A stretch of 64,000 nt of DNA from contig CAZFRF010000001.1 in the NCBI GenBank assembly GCA_964521295.1, forward strand, positions 641,016 to 705,015. Direction: 5' to 3'. Numbering within the stretch: the first letter of the stretch is position 1; every line of letters begins with the position of its first letter. Below the pieces are notes generated by a model. It saw only the letters and a program-made list of their open reading frames with translations, was not told the DNA's origin and searched no databases. Shown here piece after piece: positions 11,500 to 21,465 of the stretch. The DNA is from an uncultured Gammaproteobacteria bacterium. GTDB taxonomy: Bacteria; Patescibacteriota; Microgenomatia; Levybacterales; UBA12049. A program made the position numbers and the translations under genes.

Positions 11500-13167
11500 T
11501 TAGGGATTAAATCTGCTTCCGTCAATTGTTTCTTCGGATTTAGTAAGAATCTGTCTCCAGTCCCCAAGTTTTTTAAATAATAAAATAAAAGTTGTTGCCT
11601 CCTTAACATTAAATAACCAAGTTAAGAATAAATACAAACTAAATCCAATAAATCCTGAAATAGAAGTTAAAAATATTAAATTAATTGTTTTCGTTGTATC
11701 GAAAACTAACTGATCCAAAAGCTTAATTGGAACATACAATGCGAAAGCGGTAAAGAATGCTGCCGTAGTAATCTTAATAAAGCTGACCATAAAATCTTTT
11801 TTATTAAATCCTCCAACTTTAAAATTCAAGAAAATTAACATAATTAAGAAATTTAAAACTGAACCTATTGAATATGCTAGAGCAATACTTTCAATTCCTA
11901 AATGATAAAAGAATATAAAAATAACTCCCAAGGCAATCATTACGAAAGTAGTTAAGCTACCAACCAATAAGGGAGTTTTTGTATCATGCAAAGCGTAGAA
12001 TCCCCTAGAGATTAAATAAATTAATGCTTGAGCAAATAAAGAGATGCTAAAAAATGCCAGTGTTCTTCCCGTTAACACCGTTGCTTGCCAATCAAAGGCA
12101 GACGCTCCATACACAAGCCTTACTAGAGGAATTCTTAAAACCAAAAATACTACTGATATAGGTAAAATAAGATAAAAAAGCTGATAAAAACTTGTCATAA
12201 AAGTCAGCTTAAAATCTTCCAGTTTATCTTTTTCCTTTGCCAATACCGGAAAAGCTGCTTGAGCAATTGCCTGGCCTATTAAAGCAACTGGCGCAAACGC
12301 AAGAGTTTGCGCAAGATCAAATATGAAATAATTTCTTCCGGGATTTTGTAAAAACGAAACTAGAGTAACAGTTGCAAGTGTTCCTAATTGAAAAACACCA
12401 ATCGAAATGGTTCTTGGCCAAATTAATTTAAAAAAATCAGTTACCCCCGAGGTTTTAATAAAATCTCTTGACAGATTAGGCCTAAAATTAAAACCCAGTT
12501 TCTTAATTAAGGGCAATTGAATTATTACAAAAATTAACGCTCCAAATATTACCCCGTAGGCCGCTGAGTATATTCCCACGAGCGGAGACAGCACTAGAAT
12601 AGAAATAATAATACCAAGATTATAAGAAGCAGAAGCTATACCTGGTACAAAAAAATGATTATAAGATTGAAGAATTGCTGATAAAAAACTACCAATTATA
12701 AACACTATTTCTCCAAAAATAACTATTCTAGTCAGATTTGTCATGAGCTCTAATTGTTCAACAGAAAAACCAGGGGCGAGTAACTTAGAGATACTACCTG
12801 CAAAAATAAAATAGATTATTGAAAATATCGAAAAGACCACCAAGCTTAGACATAAAAGAGTAGAAGCTATTTTATGTGCATCTCCTTCTCTGTTCTTGAC
12901 TAAATAATCTGAAAAAATTGGAATAAATGCAGATGACAGAGCGCCTGCAATAATAAGCTGAAATAAAAATTCCGGCACTCTAGTGGAGGCAAAGTAGATG
13001 CCCACTGTATTGGAAGGACCAAAAATAGATGCCAAAAGTCTTAATCTGATAACACCAAGCACTTGTGAAAGAATAATTGTCGTCATTATTACAAAAGCAG
13101 CAGAAATAATGTTGCTTTGCCTTTGCAATATAAGACTAAGGCCTTTTTTGAAAAAATCTTTAGGCAT
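11500..13167 (-). CDS. murJ: Lipid II flippase MurJ (MviN family)
   Basis: 555 aa with 14-TM MOP-superfamily topology. MviN-like N-terminus (ISAAFVIMT...LGVIRLRLLASIFG). Confidence 0.8.
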   Translation of the reverse strand: MPKDFFKKGLSLILQRQSNIISAAFVIMTTIILSQVLGVIRLRLLASIFGPSNTVGIYFASTRVPEFLFQLIIAGALSSAFIPIFSDYLVKNREGDAHKIASTLLCLSLVVFSIFSIIYFIFAGSISKLLAPGFSVEQLELMTNLTRIVIFGEIVFIIGSFLSAILQSYNHFFVPGIASASYNLGIIISILVLSPLVGIYSAAYGVIFGALIFVIIQLPLIKKLGFNFRPNLSRDFIKTSGVTDFFKLIWPRTISIGVFQLGTLATVTLVSFLQNPGRNYFIFDLAQTLAFAPVALIGQAIAQAAFPVLAKEKDKLEDFKLTFMTSFYQLFYLILPISVVFLVLRIPLVRLVYGASAFDWQATVLTGRTLAFFSISLFAQALIYLISRGFYALHDTKTPLLVGSLTTFVMIALGVIFIFFYHLGIESIALAYSIGSVLNFLIMLIFLNFKVGGFNKKDFMVSFIKITTAAFFTAFALYVPIKLLDQLVFDTTKTINLIFLTSISGFIGFSLYLFLTWLFNVKEATTFILLFKKLGDWRQILTKSEETIDGSRFNP

Positions 13168-13175
13168 AAAAAGTG

Positions 13176-13204
13176 TTGTTTTATACAGTATAACATGCTA
13201 AAAT
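13176..13204 (+). promoter_or_regulatory. rpsT promoter TTGTTT-17-TAAAAT ending 6 nt before the ATG (probable leaderless transcript)
   Basis: -35 at 13176-13181, -10 at 13199-13204, ATG at 13211. There is no Shine-Dalgarno sequence. Confidence 0.5.
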
Positions 13205-13210
13205 AGCGAC

Positions 13211-13507
13211 ATGCCACTAATAAAGTCAGCAAAGAAAAAGTTAAGAAAAGACATAAAAAGAACTGAAAGAAATGCTAAAACAAAAATTTCGCTTTCTAAG
13301 GCTCTTAAAAATGCTGCTAAAAAACCAACTCAAGAATCAGTAAAAACTGCAGCTAAACTGGCTGACATTGCAGCTAAGAACAAAATCATTCACAAAAATA
13401 AAGCTGCTAGAATTAAATCTAAACTTTCAAAATTGATTAAAACTCCGGTTAAAAAAGCAGAAACACCAAAAACAAATAAAACTAAGACTTCTAAGGCTAA
13501 AAAATAA
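13211..13507 (+). CDS. rpsT: 30S ribosomal protein S20 with Lys-rich C-terminal extension
   Basis: N-terminus MPLIKSAKKKLRKDIKRTERNAKTKIS matches the S20 signature (IKSAxKRxxxxxKRRxxN). Small and basic. Confidence 0.8.
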   Translation: MPLIKSAKKKLRKDIKRTERNAKTKISLSKALKNAAKKPTQESVKTAAKLADIAAKNKIIHKNKAARIKSKLSKLIKTPVKKAETPKTNKTKTSKAKK

Positions 13508-13554
13508 CTTTTTCTTTTGACAAACAAGCCAAATTCCCCTAGACTAAAATTGGT

Positions 13555-14121
13555 ATGTCAAAAAAAAATATCTCCATAAATTTAATCAAAGACCAAAAAA
13601 ATGATATAGTCGAAAGAATTATCAATTGGTCGCTTAGTATCGGTAGGATCCTAGTAATCGCCACAGAACTGGTTGCACTACTTGCGTTTCTTTGGAGATT
13701 CGGACTCGATCAACAATTAATTGATCTACACACACAAATTAAGCAAAAACAGGTAATTGTTGCTGCTTTTAAAAAACAAGAGGATGAATATAGAAACCTA
13801 CAGGACAGACTAAGCATTGCTTCTAATTTTTCTACAATCCAGGAAAAGAACCAACAAGATCTTAAAGCGATATTAAATATCGGCACAAAATATGCAAGTT
13901 TTAACAAAATTTCTAATTCAAGTAATAAAATTTCAATGGAAATTAATATTCCCTCTGTTATTTCATTAAGCAATTTAGTAAATGAAATAAAAAGCTATCC
14001 CTCTACTCAGAACATCAGTATTGATAAGATTGAAACTAAAACAAGCAGTGGAATAATTATCGTAGGAATATCTGTGTATCTAAAACCATTGGCAACAAAA
14101 TATGCAACTGAAAATCAATAA
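13555..14121 (+). CDS. PilN-like bitopic membrane protein (type IV pilus alignment-complex-like)
   Basis: Short cytoplasmic N-terminus with an INLIK motif resembling the PilN INLLP box. One TM helix, then a coiled-coil periplasmic segment. Confidence 0.45.
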   Translation: MSKKNISINLIKDQKNDIVERIINWSLSIGRILVIATELVALLAFLWRFGLDQQLIDLHTQIKQKQVIVAAFKKQEDEYRNLQDRLSIASNFSTIQEKNQQDLKAILNIGTKYASFNKISNSSNKISMEINIPSVISLSNLVNEIKSYPSTQNISIDKIETKTSSGIIIVGISVYLKPLATKYATENQ

Positions 14122-14713
14122 AATTTTTACATCCGTAAATAAAGAAAAATATGGTAAGTACTTAGAGCTTATTCCAGATTTTAAAAAAGAAAAGGCTCAA
14201 AAATTTACAACTATTGTATTAACAATTGTGGCAGTCATTATTTTAGCAATATTCGCAATCAATCCCACGCTATCAACAATTGCAAATCTAAACAAGCAAC
14301 TTGAGGATGCGAGATTCGTATCAAAAAGATTACAAGATAAAATTAACGACTTATCTATATTACAATCAAAATTTAACAGCATACAAGAAGATTTACCCTT
14401 AATTTACGAATCTGTTCCGAAAAAATCTGAAGCACCAAAAATTACTGGACAAATTCAAGCAATTGCCCAAGCAGCTAATGTTACTATAATAAGCACTCAA
14501 ATAAGCAACATTACTCAAGCACAAGCTAAATTTTACTATTTAGATTTTAATATTACATTAACTGGATCATATGAAAATATCATAAATTTCATAGACCAAT
14601 TAAGTAATTCTCAAAGAATTACATATATTTATAACGTTAGCATTACTAAGGGACAAAAAGAGGGTGAAGCATTAAGAGTTAATGTAAAAGGACAGGCCTT
14701 TTTCAAAGAGTAA
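14102..14713 (+). CDS. PilO-like bitopic membrane protein
   Basis: Single TM helix followed by a long coiled-coil and an alpha/beta region. Overlaps the PilN-like ORF. Confidence 0.35.
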   Translation: MQLKINKIFTSVNKEKYGKYLELIPDFKKEKAQKFTTIVLTIVAVIILAIFAINPTLSTIANLNKQLEDARFVSKRLQDKINDLSILQSKFNSIQEDLPLIYESVPKKSEAPKITGQIQAIAQAANVTIISTQISNITQAQAKFYYLDFNITLTGSYENIINFIDQLSNSQRITYIYNVSITKGQKEGEALRVNVKGQAFFKE

Positions 14714-14714
14714 C

Positions 14715-15044
14715 ATGAAAAGAAAAGATATTTTAATCATACTAATTCCAAGCTTAATTGTTGTTATTTTATGGGTAATTTTTAGCGTTTTTCATAACTA
14801 TATTAACTCCACAATTCCTAATGATATTAATATGCAAATCTTATCTATTAATCCCGATTTTGACACAGATACTATAAATAAAATTAAATCTAGGTCAACT
14901 ATTGATCCTATCTATACCTTCGAACAATCTACTGTAGACGAAGCTTCTCTCGATGAAAACCCTTCTCCTACACCAAGTGTAAACCCACCTACGGTAAGCA
15001 CTTCAAGCGCAAAAATAGCTAGCGACGAAGGAGCATTGGAATAA
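14715..15044 (+). CDS. Small membrane-anchored protein with Pro/Ser/Thr-rich tail (PilP-like position)
   Basis: 109 aa, N-terminal TM helix. 1-nt gaps or overlaps with its neighbours. Confidence 0.3.
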   Translation: MKRKDILIILIPSLIVVILWVIFSVFHNYINSTIPNDINMQILSINPDFDTDTINKIKSRSTIDPIYTFEQSTVDEASLDENPSPTPSVNPPTVSTSSAKIASDEGALE

Positions 15045-16459
15045 TGAAACAACATTTTTGGAATAAACGCATTCCAACTTTATTGGGTATTTTTTTAATC
15101 GGCGTAGGCATAATCGTTACAACCATCCTAGTTAAACAAGGTGGTTTTTTATCAATTAACGCTAGCCCAACTACTCAACCAAAAAATGTAAGAATAACAA
15201 ATATTACCCATGATAGTTTTACGGTTTCTTATGAAACTCAAGATTCGGTTTTCGGGGTTATTAGTTATGGAACAAGTATTGAATTAGGCAAATCGGGACT
15301 CGACGATCGAGACCAGGAAACCGGAAACATATCGGCACATAAATTACATAACATTACAGTCAGAAATTTAACCCCTGAAACCAAGTATTATTTTTCAATC
15401 ATTAGCGGAAAGGATACATTTCTAAACACAGACAGTCCTTATGAGGTGACTACCGGAATAGAGATTTCCGAATCACCTACTGAGCAGGAACCAGTTAGCG
15501 GCAGGATTCTTCTTCCCAATGGAAAACCTCCAGCTGAAAGCATTATCTACTTAACCACAGAGGGAACTCAAATAATATCATCTTTAGTTAAAAATGACGG
15601 AACTTTTGTTATCCCTCTTAATTCCTTACGAACAACAGATTTAATCTCCTATAGCACTCTTAGCGAGAATCAAATTCTCAAACTATTAATAACTGGCGAT
15701 AACAGTCAAACATCAAGCGTCATTATTTCATTAGATCAAATCCAGCCTATTCCACCCATCTCCTTAGGTAGTAACTACGACTTCACACAAAGTGAAAAAA
15801 AAACAGCAACCAACTCTGCAGTACTCGAGGTATTTCCATCCTTCTCCAGCACAGAAAAAACAGTTGAAACCAATAACGGACCCAAAATAATAACTCCCGA
15901 AAGAAATGCAGAAATTCCCGATCAAAAACCAAAATTTACTGGTACAGCAAACCCTAACGAAACAATTCAGGTAATTATTCATTCAGATGAGAAAATTCAA
16001 GTAGATGTAAAAACAGATTCAAAAGGCAATTGGAGCTATAGACCAACAAAAGATCTTTCTCCTGGTAACCATACTATTACTGTAGTTGCAAAAGACAAAA
16101 ATGGAATATTAAAAACAATTATCCAATCCTTCGTTGTTTATGCTTCGGGTAGTCAACTAGAAGGAGAGACAGGCTCACCAACCCCTACTGTCAAACCTCA
16201 AGCAACAAAAACGATAACACAAACGCCAACCCATACTCCAACTACAGCACCCAATATAACAACAAACACGCCTACAACTGAGCCAATTGATAGTAATAAC
16301 GTTGTTACCATCACAGAAGCAGCAACTAAATCTCCAACCCCAACTACCCCTTTACCTCCAACCGGGAATCCTACTATAATGAGCTTCGGTATAGTTGGAT
16401 TAGTAGTTACCATGTTAGGTAGTCTTCTATTTCTTCTATCTAGAAAAAATAGCATATGA
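15044..16459 (+). CDS. LPXTG cell-wall-anchored surface protein with FN3-like and Ig-like domains
   Basis: N-terminal TM/signal. FN3-like segment (NVRITNITHDSFTVSYET...KYYFSI). T/P-rich linker. Canonical C-terminal sorting signal LPPTG plus hydrophobic stretch plus SRKNSI positive tail. Confidence 0.7.
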   Translation: MKQHFWNKRIPTLLGIFLIGVGIIVTTILVKQGGFLSINASPTTQPKNVRITNITHDSFTVSYETQDSVFGVISYGTSIELGKSGLDDRDQETGNISAHKLHNITVRNLTPETKYYFSIISGKDTFLNTDSPYEVTTGIEISESPTEQEPVSGRILLPNGKPPAESIIYLTTEGTQIISSLVKNDGTFVIPLNSLRTTDLISYSTLSENQILKLLITGDNSQTSSVIISLDQIQPIPPISLGSNYDFTQSEKKTATNSAVLEVFPSFSSTEKTVETNNGPKIITPERNAEIPDQKPKFTGTANPNETIQVIIHSDEKIQVDVKTDSKGNWSYRPTKDLSPGNHTITVVAKDKNGILKTIIQSFVVYASGSQLEGETGSPTPTVKPQATKTITQTPTHTPTTAPNITTNTPTTEPIDSNNVVTITEAATKSPTPTTPLPPTGNPTIMSFGIVGLVVTMLGSLLFLLSRKNSI

Positions 16460-17739
16460 AGATAGCAATAATTGGAGCCGGTTTTACAGGGCTTTCTGCT
16501 GCCTGGGAGTTAGTTAAAAATAATCATGATGTATATATATATGAAAAGGATACATATCCAGGAGGGCTCGCTATTGGTTATCAGGAAAAAAAATGGAATT
16601 GGTCCCTAGAAAAACACTATCATCATTGGTTTACTAATGATAAAAGCGTTTTGGATCTTGCGGAAGAAATAAAATTTAAAGTTATAGTAAAAAGGCCAAA
16701 AACTACTGTTTTAATTCAAGATAAAATTTACCAACTAGATTCTCCACTTACTGTATTAAGATTTCCTTTAATGTCTTTCCTGTCTAGAATAAGAATGGCT
16801 GCAGTAATCGGCTTTTTAAAATTCAATCCATTATGGAAACCTTTGGAAAAATACAAAGCCGCAAAAGTATTACCACTTCTTATGGGAAAAAAGGCATATG
16901 AGATGATTTGGGAGCCCTTATTCATAAATAAGTTTGGTAAATATACAAGTAATATTTCACTCGCCTGGTTTTGGGCGAGAATTACTAAAAGAACTCCATC
17001 TCTTGCTTATCCAAAAGGGGGATTTTTAAATTTTGCAAACGCTTTGACAAAAACAATAAAAATAAAAAAAGGCAAATTTTTCTTTGATACAGAAATACTT
17101 GATTTAAAAGAAGATAAAAAATTAATCCTGACAATAAAAGACAAAAATGAAAAAATCACGCAAGAGGAATTTGATAAAATTATCGTTACAACTCCTTCAT
17201 TTTTATTCTTAAAAATTGCAAAAAACTTACCTAATGAATATAAAAATAAACTCGGAAAACTACATGGCCTGGGAGCAACAAATCTAGTTCTTAGACTCAA
17301 AAAACCATTCTTTAACGATAGTACCTATTGGGTAAGTGTCTGCGATAAAAATGCACCCGTAATGGCAATTGTCGAACACACTAACTTCATGAATAAAAAG
17401 TTCTACAATAATGAAAGTATTTTATATTTAGGTAATTACCGAGATTCCAATGATATTTATTTCCAAATGAATGAAGATCAAATGCTTAATCATTTCGATA
17501 CTTTTCTAAAAAAAATTAACCCTGAATACAAAAAAAACATAATCAGTAAAAAATTGTTTAAATCCCCATTTGCTCAGCCAATCATTCCAATTAATTATTC
17601 CAAAATATTACCTAAATTTATAACTCCTATTAAAAATGTATACTTAGCCAACATCGAACAAGTTTATCCATGGGATAGAGGTACAAATTATGCGGTTGAA
17701 TTAGGTCAGAAAGTTGTAAAAATTGCCCTAGATGAATAA
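16456..17739 (+). CDS. FAD-dependent oxidoreductase, UDP-galactopyranose mutase (Glf)-like / amine-oxidase superfamily
   Basis: N-terminal Rossmann dinucleotide motif IAIIGAGFTGLSAA...YEKDTYPGG. HxFHTND-like HWFTNDK. KQWG-like NKFGK block followed by the PKGG motif. Confidence 0.6.
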   Translation: MKIAIIGAGFTGLSAAWELVKNNHDVYIYEKDTYPGGLAIGYQEKKWNWSLEKHYHHWFTNDKSVLDLAEEIKFKVIVKRPKTTVLIQDKIYQLDSPLTVLRFPLMSFLSRIRMAAVIGFLKFNPLWKPLEKYKAAKVLPLLMGKKAYEMIWEPLFINKFGKYTSNISLAWFWARITKRTPSLAYPKGGFLNFANALTKTIKIKKGKFFFDTEILDLKEDKKLILTIKDKNEKITQEEFDKIIVTTPSFLFLKIAKNLPNEYKNKLGKLHGLGATNLVLRLKKPFFNDSTYWVSVCDKNAPVMAIVEHTNFMNKKFYNNESILYLGNYRDSNDIYFQMNEDQMLNHFDTFLKKINPEYKKNIISKKLFKSPFAQPIIPINYSKILPKFITPIKNVYLANIEQVYPWDRGTNYAVELGQKVVKIALDE

Positions 17740-19351
17740 ATTATTTCAATTTATAAAATCTAATAAAATAGAAACACTTATTGCTTTATTAGCCGTCTGT
17801 TTTTCAACTTGGTTAATGTTTTCATCATTTAACGTAAGCGAAGGAAATATGCAAATATCTGCAAAATCATGGAGCGATTTTGCTAGCCACATACCCTTAA
17901 TTAGATCCTTTTCTCTAGGCTCCAATCTACCACCTGAATATCCATTATTTGCAGGACCAGCTATTAAATATCATTATCTATTCTATTTAGTCGTAGGCGT
18001 GTTAGAAAGAATAGGGGTTAGGATTGATTTTGCCTTAAATATTCCCTCAATTATAGGTTTTGCTTCGTTAATATTTATGATTTATCTTTTTGCAAAAGAA
18101 ATTTTTAAATCTAAAATGGTTGGCATTATAAGTATTTTTTTGTTTTTATTTAATAGCTCATTAAGTTTTATTAATTTTTTTCGAGAACATTCTTTCTCAA
18201 TTCAGGAGATAATTTTAAATAAAGACTTTACGAATTTTGGTCCGTATGACGGAGGAGTAATATCAGCTTTTTGGAATTTAAATATTTACACAAACCAAAG
18301 ACACCTAGCCTTAGCCTATGCACTTTCCCTACTAATCATCTACACATTCTTAAAACTACATACTACAAATCATAAAAATGCATATGAAAAAACACTAATT
18401 ATTGGAATTGTACTTGGGTTATCTTTCATATTAAACATGGCTGTATTTTTAATGACAATTTCTGTTCTTATAACATTAATGCTATTTCTAAAACATCAAA
18501 GAAAATATATTTTTATATCTTTAATGTTATCTGGAGTAATTGCGCTGCCCTTTTACTTATATCAAATCTCCACGCCATCTATGGCGCCCATCACTTTTTG
18601 GCCTGGATATTTAGTAACTGATCTATCGATTATTAATTTCATTAATTATTGGGTACAAAATATCGGCCTCAATATAGTTTTAATACCAATTGGATTTATT
18701 ATCGCAAAAAAAATTCAGAAAAAAATATTAATTGCGTTTTTCAGCATTTTTATAATCGGAAATATCTTGAAATTTTCACCTGAAATTGCAGCCAATCATA
18801 AATTTTTCAATTTCTTTATTATCGTTTCAGCTATGTTCTCTGCAAATTTACTTGTTAGTTTATGGAAAAAACATGACACACTAAAGCCAATAACTATATT
18901 ATTATTTTTAGGATTAATTCTTTCAGGAATTATTGATTTTTTCCCAATATATAATGATCGAAAAATTACACTTGAAGATTATACAAACAATCCAAGTATT
19001 AGATGGATAAAAAATAGCACTCCTAGCGACTCTATTTTTTTAAACTCGCAATATTTATATAACTACGCGAATATCGCAGGTAGAAGAATATTTTTGGGAT
19101 GGCCATACTTCTCTTGGTCACAGGGGTACAATACAGAAGCAAGAGATAATCTAAGAAAAAAAATGTTAAACACTAATGATCTATCATTTTTTTGCAGCAA
19201 CGCAACAAATTATAAATTAAATTATATCGATATTAATACACGAAACGAAGATGCAATGGTAAATTTAAATTTTTTTGAGAAAAACTTTAAAAAGGTATAT
19301 GAAAATATGAAGGATGGATTTATAATCTACAGTATTAATTCAAAATGCTAA
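17732..19351 (+). CDS. Polytopic membrane protein, GT-C-like glycosyltransferase candidate
   Basis: 539 aa with at least 12 TM helices and large loops. Overlaps the Glf-like gene and the downstream YYY-domain gene. Confidence 0.4.
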   Translation: MNKLFQFIKSNKIETLIALLAVCFSTWLMFSSFNVSEGNMQISAKSWSDFASHIPLIRSFSLGSNLPPEYPLFAGPAIKYHYLFYLVVGVLERIGVRIDFALNIPSIIGFASLIFMIYLFAKEIFKSKMVGIISIFLFLFNSSLSFINFFREHSFSIQEIILNKDFTNFGPYDGGVISAFWNLNIYTNQRHLALAYALSLLIIYTFLKLHTTNHKNAYEKTLIIGIVLGLSFILNMAVFLMTISVLITLMLFLKHQRKYIFISLMLSGVIALPFYLYQISTPSMAPITFWPGYLVTDLSIINFINYWVQNIGLNIVLIPIGFIIAKKIQKKILIAFFSIFIIGNILKFSPEIAANHKFFNFFIIVSAMFSANLLVSLWKKHDTLKPITILLFLGLILSGIIDFFPIYNDRKITLEDYTNNPSIRWIKNSTPSDSIFLNSQYLYNYANIAGRRIFLGWPYFSWSQGYNTEARDNLRKKMLNTNDLSFFCSNATNYKLNYIDINTRNEDAMVNLNFFEKNFKKVYENMKDGFIIYSINSKC

Positions 19352-21465
19352 ATATAAGTTCTGCTGATTTTAATCATATTATTAGCTGGTGGATACATTT
19401 ACTTTTATTAGGAATTATATTTATTCCTATTACTTCTTTAATATTTAATAAATTCAAAGACAAAGGTTATATATTTACTAAAATAATCTCTTTAATTTTT
19501 ATTTCCTATACTATCTTTACAGCGGGCACTTTAAAGATCTTAAATTTTTCATTTCCGAATTTGATATTTATATTAGTAATTTTTGGATTCATAAACTTAC
19601 TAGTTTTTAAACGAAATAACTCAATTAAAAATCTACTCAGAGATCTTAAATTCTTTATAATCGAAGAGATCATCTTTCTATTAACACTTATTTTTTGGTG
19701 TTTTATTAGAGGAAATCAACCAGACATTCATGGGTTAGAAAAATTTATGGACTTTGGAATGGTTAATTCTATACTTAGAACTGACTTTTTTCCTGTTAAT
19801 GATATTTGGTACTCAGGCTTAACAATCAATTATTATTATTTTGGTCACCTAATGACTGCTGTAATAATAAAATTATCAAATGTTCCTTCTTACATCGGCT
19901 ACAATCTAATGATCTGCACTCTGTTTGCATTAACATTTACGTCAGTAATCTCTTTAGCTATTAATTTATTCAATAATCTAAAGATCTCCAGCAAATCCTT
20001 AATAGCTGGCATACTTTCTGCATCACTGGTAGCTTTAAGCGGAAACCTTACGTCAATTTATACTTTTTTTAAAGCCTATGTTAACGAACATCCGGTTCCA
20101 TTTTGGAAGTTAGAATTTCTACCTTTTACTTTTCCAAATAATTTCTGGTATCCTAATGCAACAAGATTTATTCCCTATACTATCCATGAATTTCCTCTTT
20201 ATTCTTTTGTAGTTTCTGATCTTCACGGACATGTACTAGATATACCAGTTGTCTTATTTACAATTGCTTTTGTTTTTAGCTTGTTTTTAAAACAACAGAT
20301 TAAGAAAATTGACCTTTTGTTTATTGGTTTTCTTGCTGCTGTTATGTATATGACAAACGCTTGGGATGGACTCATATACACCCTCCTCGGACTAATTATT
20401 CTTTTATATCTAATGTTTGTTAAAGATCACAAGATAGTTATTAAAAAAGAAAATCTTATTAATTTTTCAATAAATCTAACATCTCTTTTTATGGGTTTTG
20501 TTTTATTCTCTTTACCTTTTAGCGCAAATTTTAAACCTTTTGTTTCAGGTATTGGAGTCATGTGCGCCCCAAGCGCATTAACCAATCTCGGAAAACTAGG
20601 TCCATTTTTATTTGAAGCAAACCATTGCCAAAAATCCCCAATTTGGCAACTAGTAATTTTATACGGATTTTTTTATTTTTTTGTGATTACGTTTTTGATC
20701 TTTCTGAAATCTCGACAAAAAAATACCCACACTTTTTCCGATAAATTTATTCTCTTTTTAATTTTATTGTCTACATTATTAATAATAATCCCAGAATTTA
20801 TATACATAAAAGATATTTATCCCATGCATTACAGAGCAAATACTATGTTTAAATTAACTTACGAAGCATTTATTATGCTTTCTATTGCATGTGGATATAT
20901 AATTTTAAGAATATTTTCCGGATTAAAAAATAAATTATTAGTATTTATATTTTTCATATTTTCTTTAATACTTATCTATCTTGTATTAAGCTATCCAATA
21001 TTCGCCATAAACTCATATTATAATAATTTAAAAAATAATCCTAACTTAGATGGTTTGAGATATATGCAGAAAAATCATCCAAACGATTATGATTTAATAA
21101 ATTGGATAAATAAAAATATAGACAAACAAACAATAATACTAGAATCAGCAGGTGACTCATACACAGATTACGCAAGAATATCGGCTAATACCGGTATACC
21201 AACAATAATTGGCTGGTCAGTCCACGAATGGCTATGGAGAGGAACATACGATGTTGTAGGACCAAGGGTTAATGATGTTCAAACAATTTATACTTCAAAT
21301 AATCTTGAGCAAGTTAAGAATCTTCTTGCGAAATACAAGGTAAAATACATAGTTGTATCAAGCCTAGAAAGAGAAAAATATAAAACTTTAAATGAAAATA
21401 ATTTTAAAAAAATTGCTAAATTAGTCTATGATAAAAAAGGTGCGAGATTATATAAGCTTAATTAG
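19345..21465 (+). CDS. YYY-domain membrane protein (DUF2298 / chlor_Arch_YYY family), GT-C-like
   Basis: 706 aa polytopic protein with the characteristic motif INYYYFGHLM, followed by a soluble C-terminal domain. Confidence 0.55.
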   Translation: MLNISSADFNHIISWWIHLLLLGIIFIPITSLIFNKFKDKGYIFTKIISLIFISYTIFTAGTLKILNFSFPNLIFILVIFGFINLLVFKRNNSIKNLLRDLKFFIIEEIIFLLTLIFWCFIRGNQPDIHGLEKFMDFGMVNSILRTDFFPVNDIWYSGLTINYYYFGHLMTAVIIKLSNVPSYIGYNLMICTLFALTFTSVISLAINLFNNLKISSKSLIAGILSASLVALSGNLTSIYTFFKAYVNEHPVPFWKLEFLPFTFPNNFWYPNATRFIPYTIHEFPLYSFVVSDLHGHVLDIPVVLFTIAFVFSLFLKQQIKKIDLLFIGFLAAVMYMTNAWDGLIYTLLGLIILLYLMFVKDHKIVIKKENLINFSINLTSLFMGFVLFSLPFSANFKPFVSGIGVMCAPSALTNLGKLGPFLFEANHCQKSPIWQLVILYGFFYFFVITFLIFLKSRQKNTHTFSDKFILFLILLSTLLIIIPEFIYIKDIYPMHYRANTMFKLTYEAFIMLSIACGYIILRIFSGLKNKLLVFIFFIFSLILIYLVLSYPIFAINSYYNNLKNNPNLDGLRYMQKNHPNDYDLINWINKNIDKQTIILESAGDSYTDYARISANTGIPTIIGWSVHEWLWRGTYDVVGPRVNDVQTIYTSNNLEQVKNLLAKYKVKYIVVSSLEREKYKTLNENNFKKIAKLVYDKKGARLYKLN

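Noticed and set aside
11409-11609. 66-aa ORF bridging the lepA/murJ junction
   Set aside because: It overlaps the lepA start and the murJ end on the same strand in another frame. There is no independent support.
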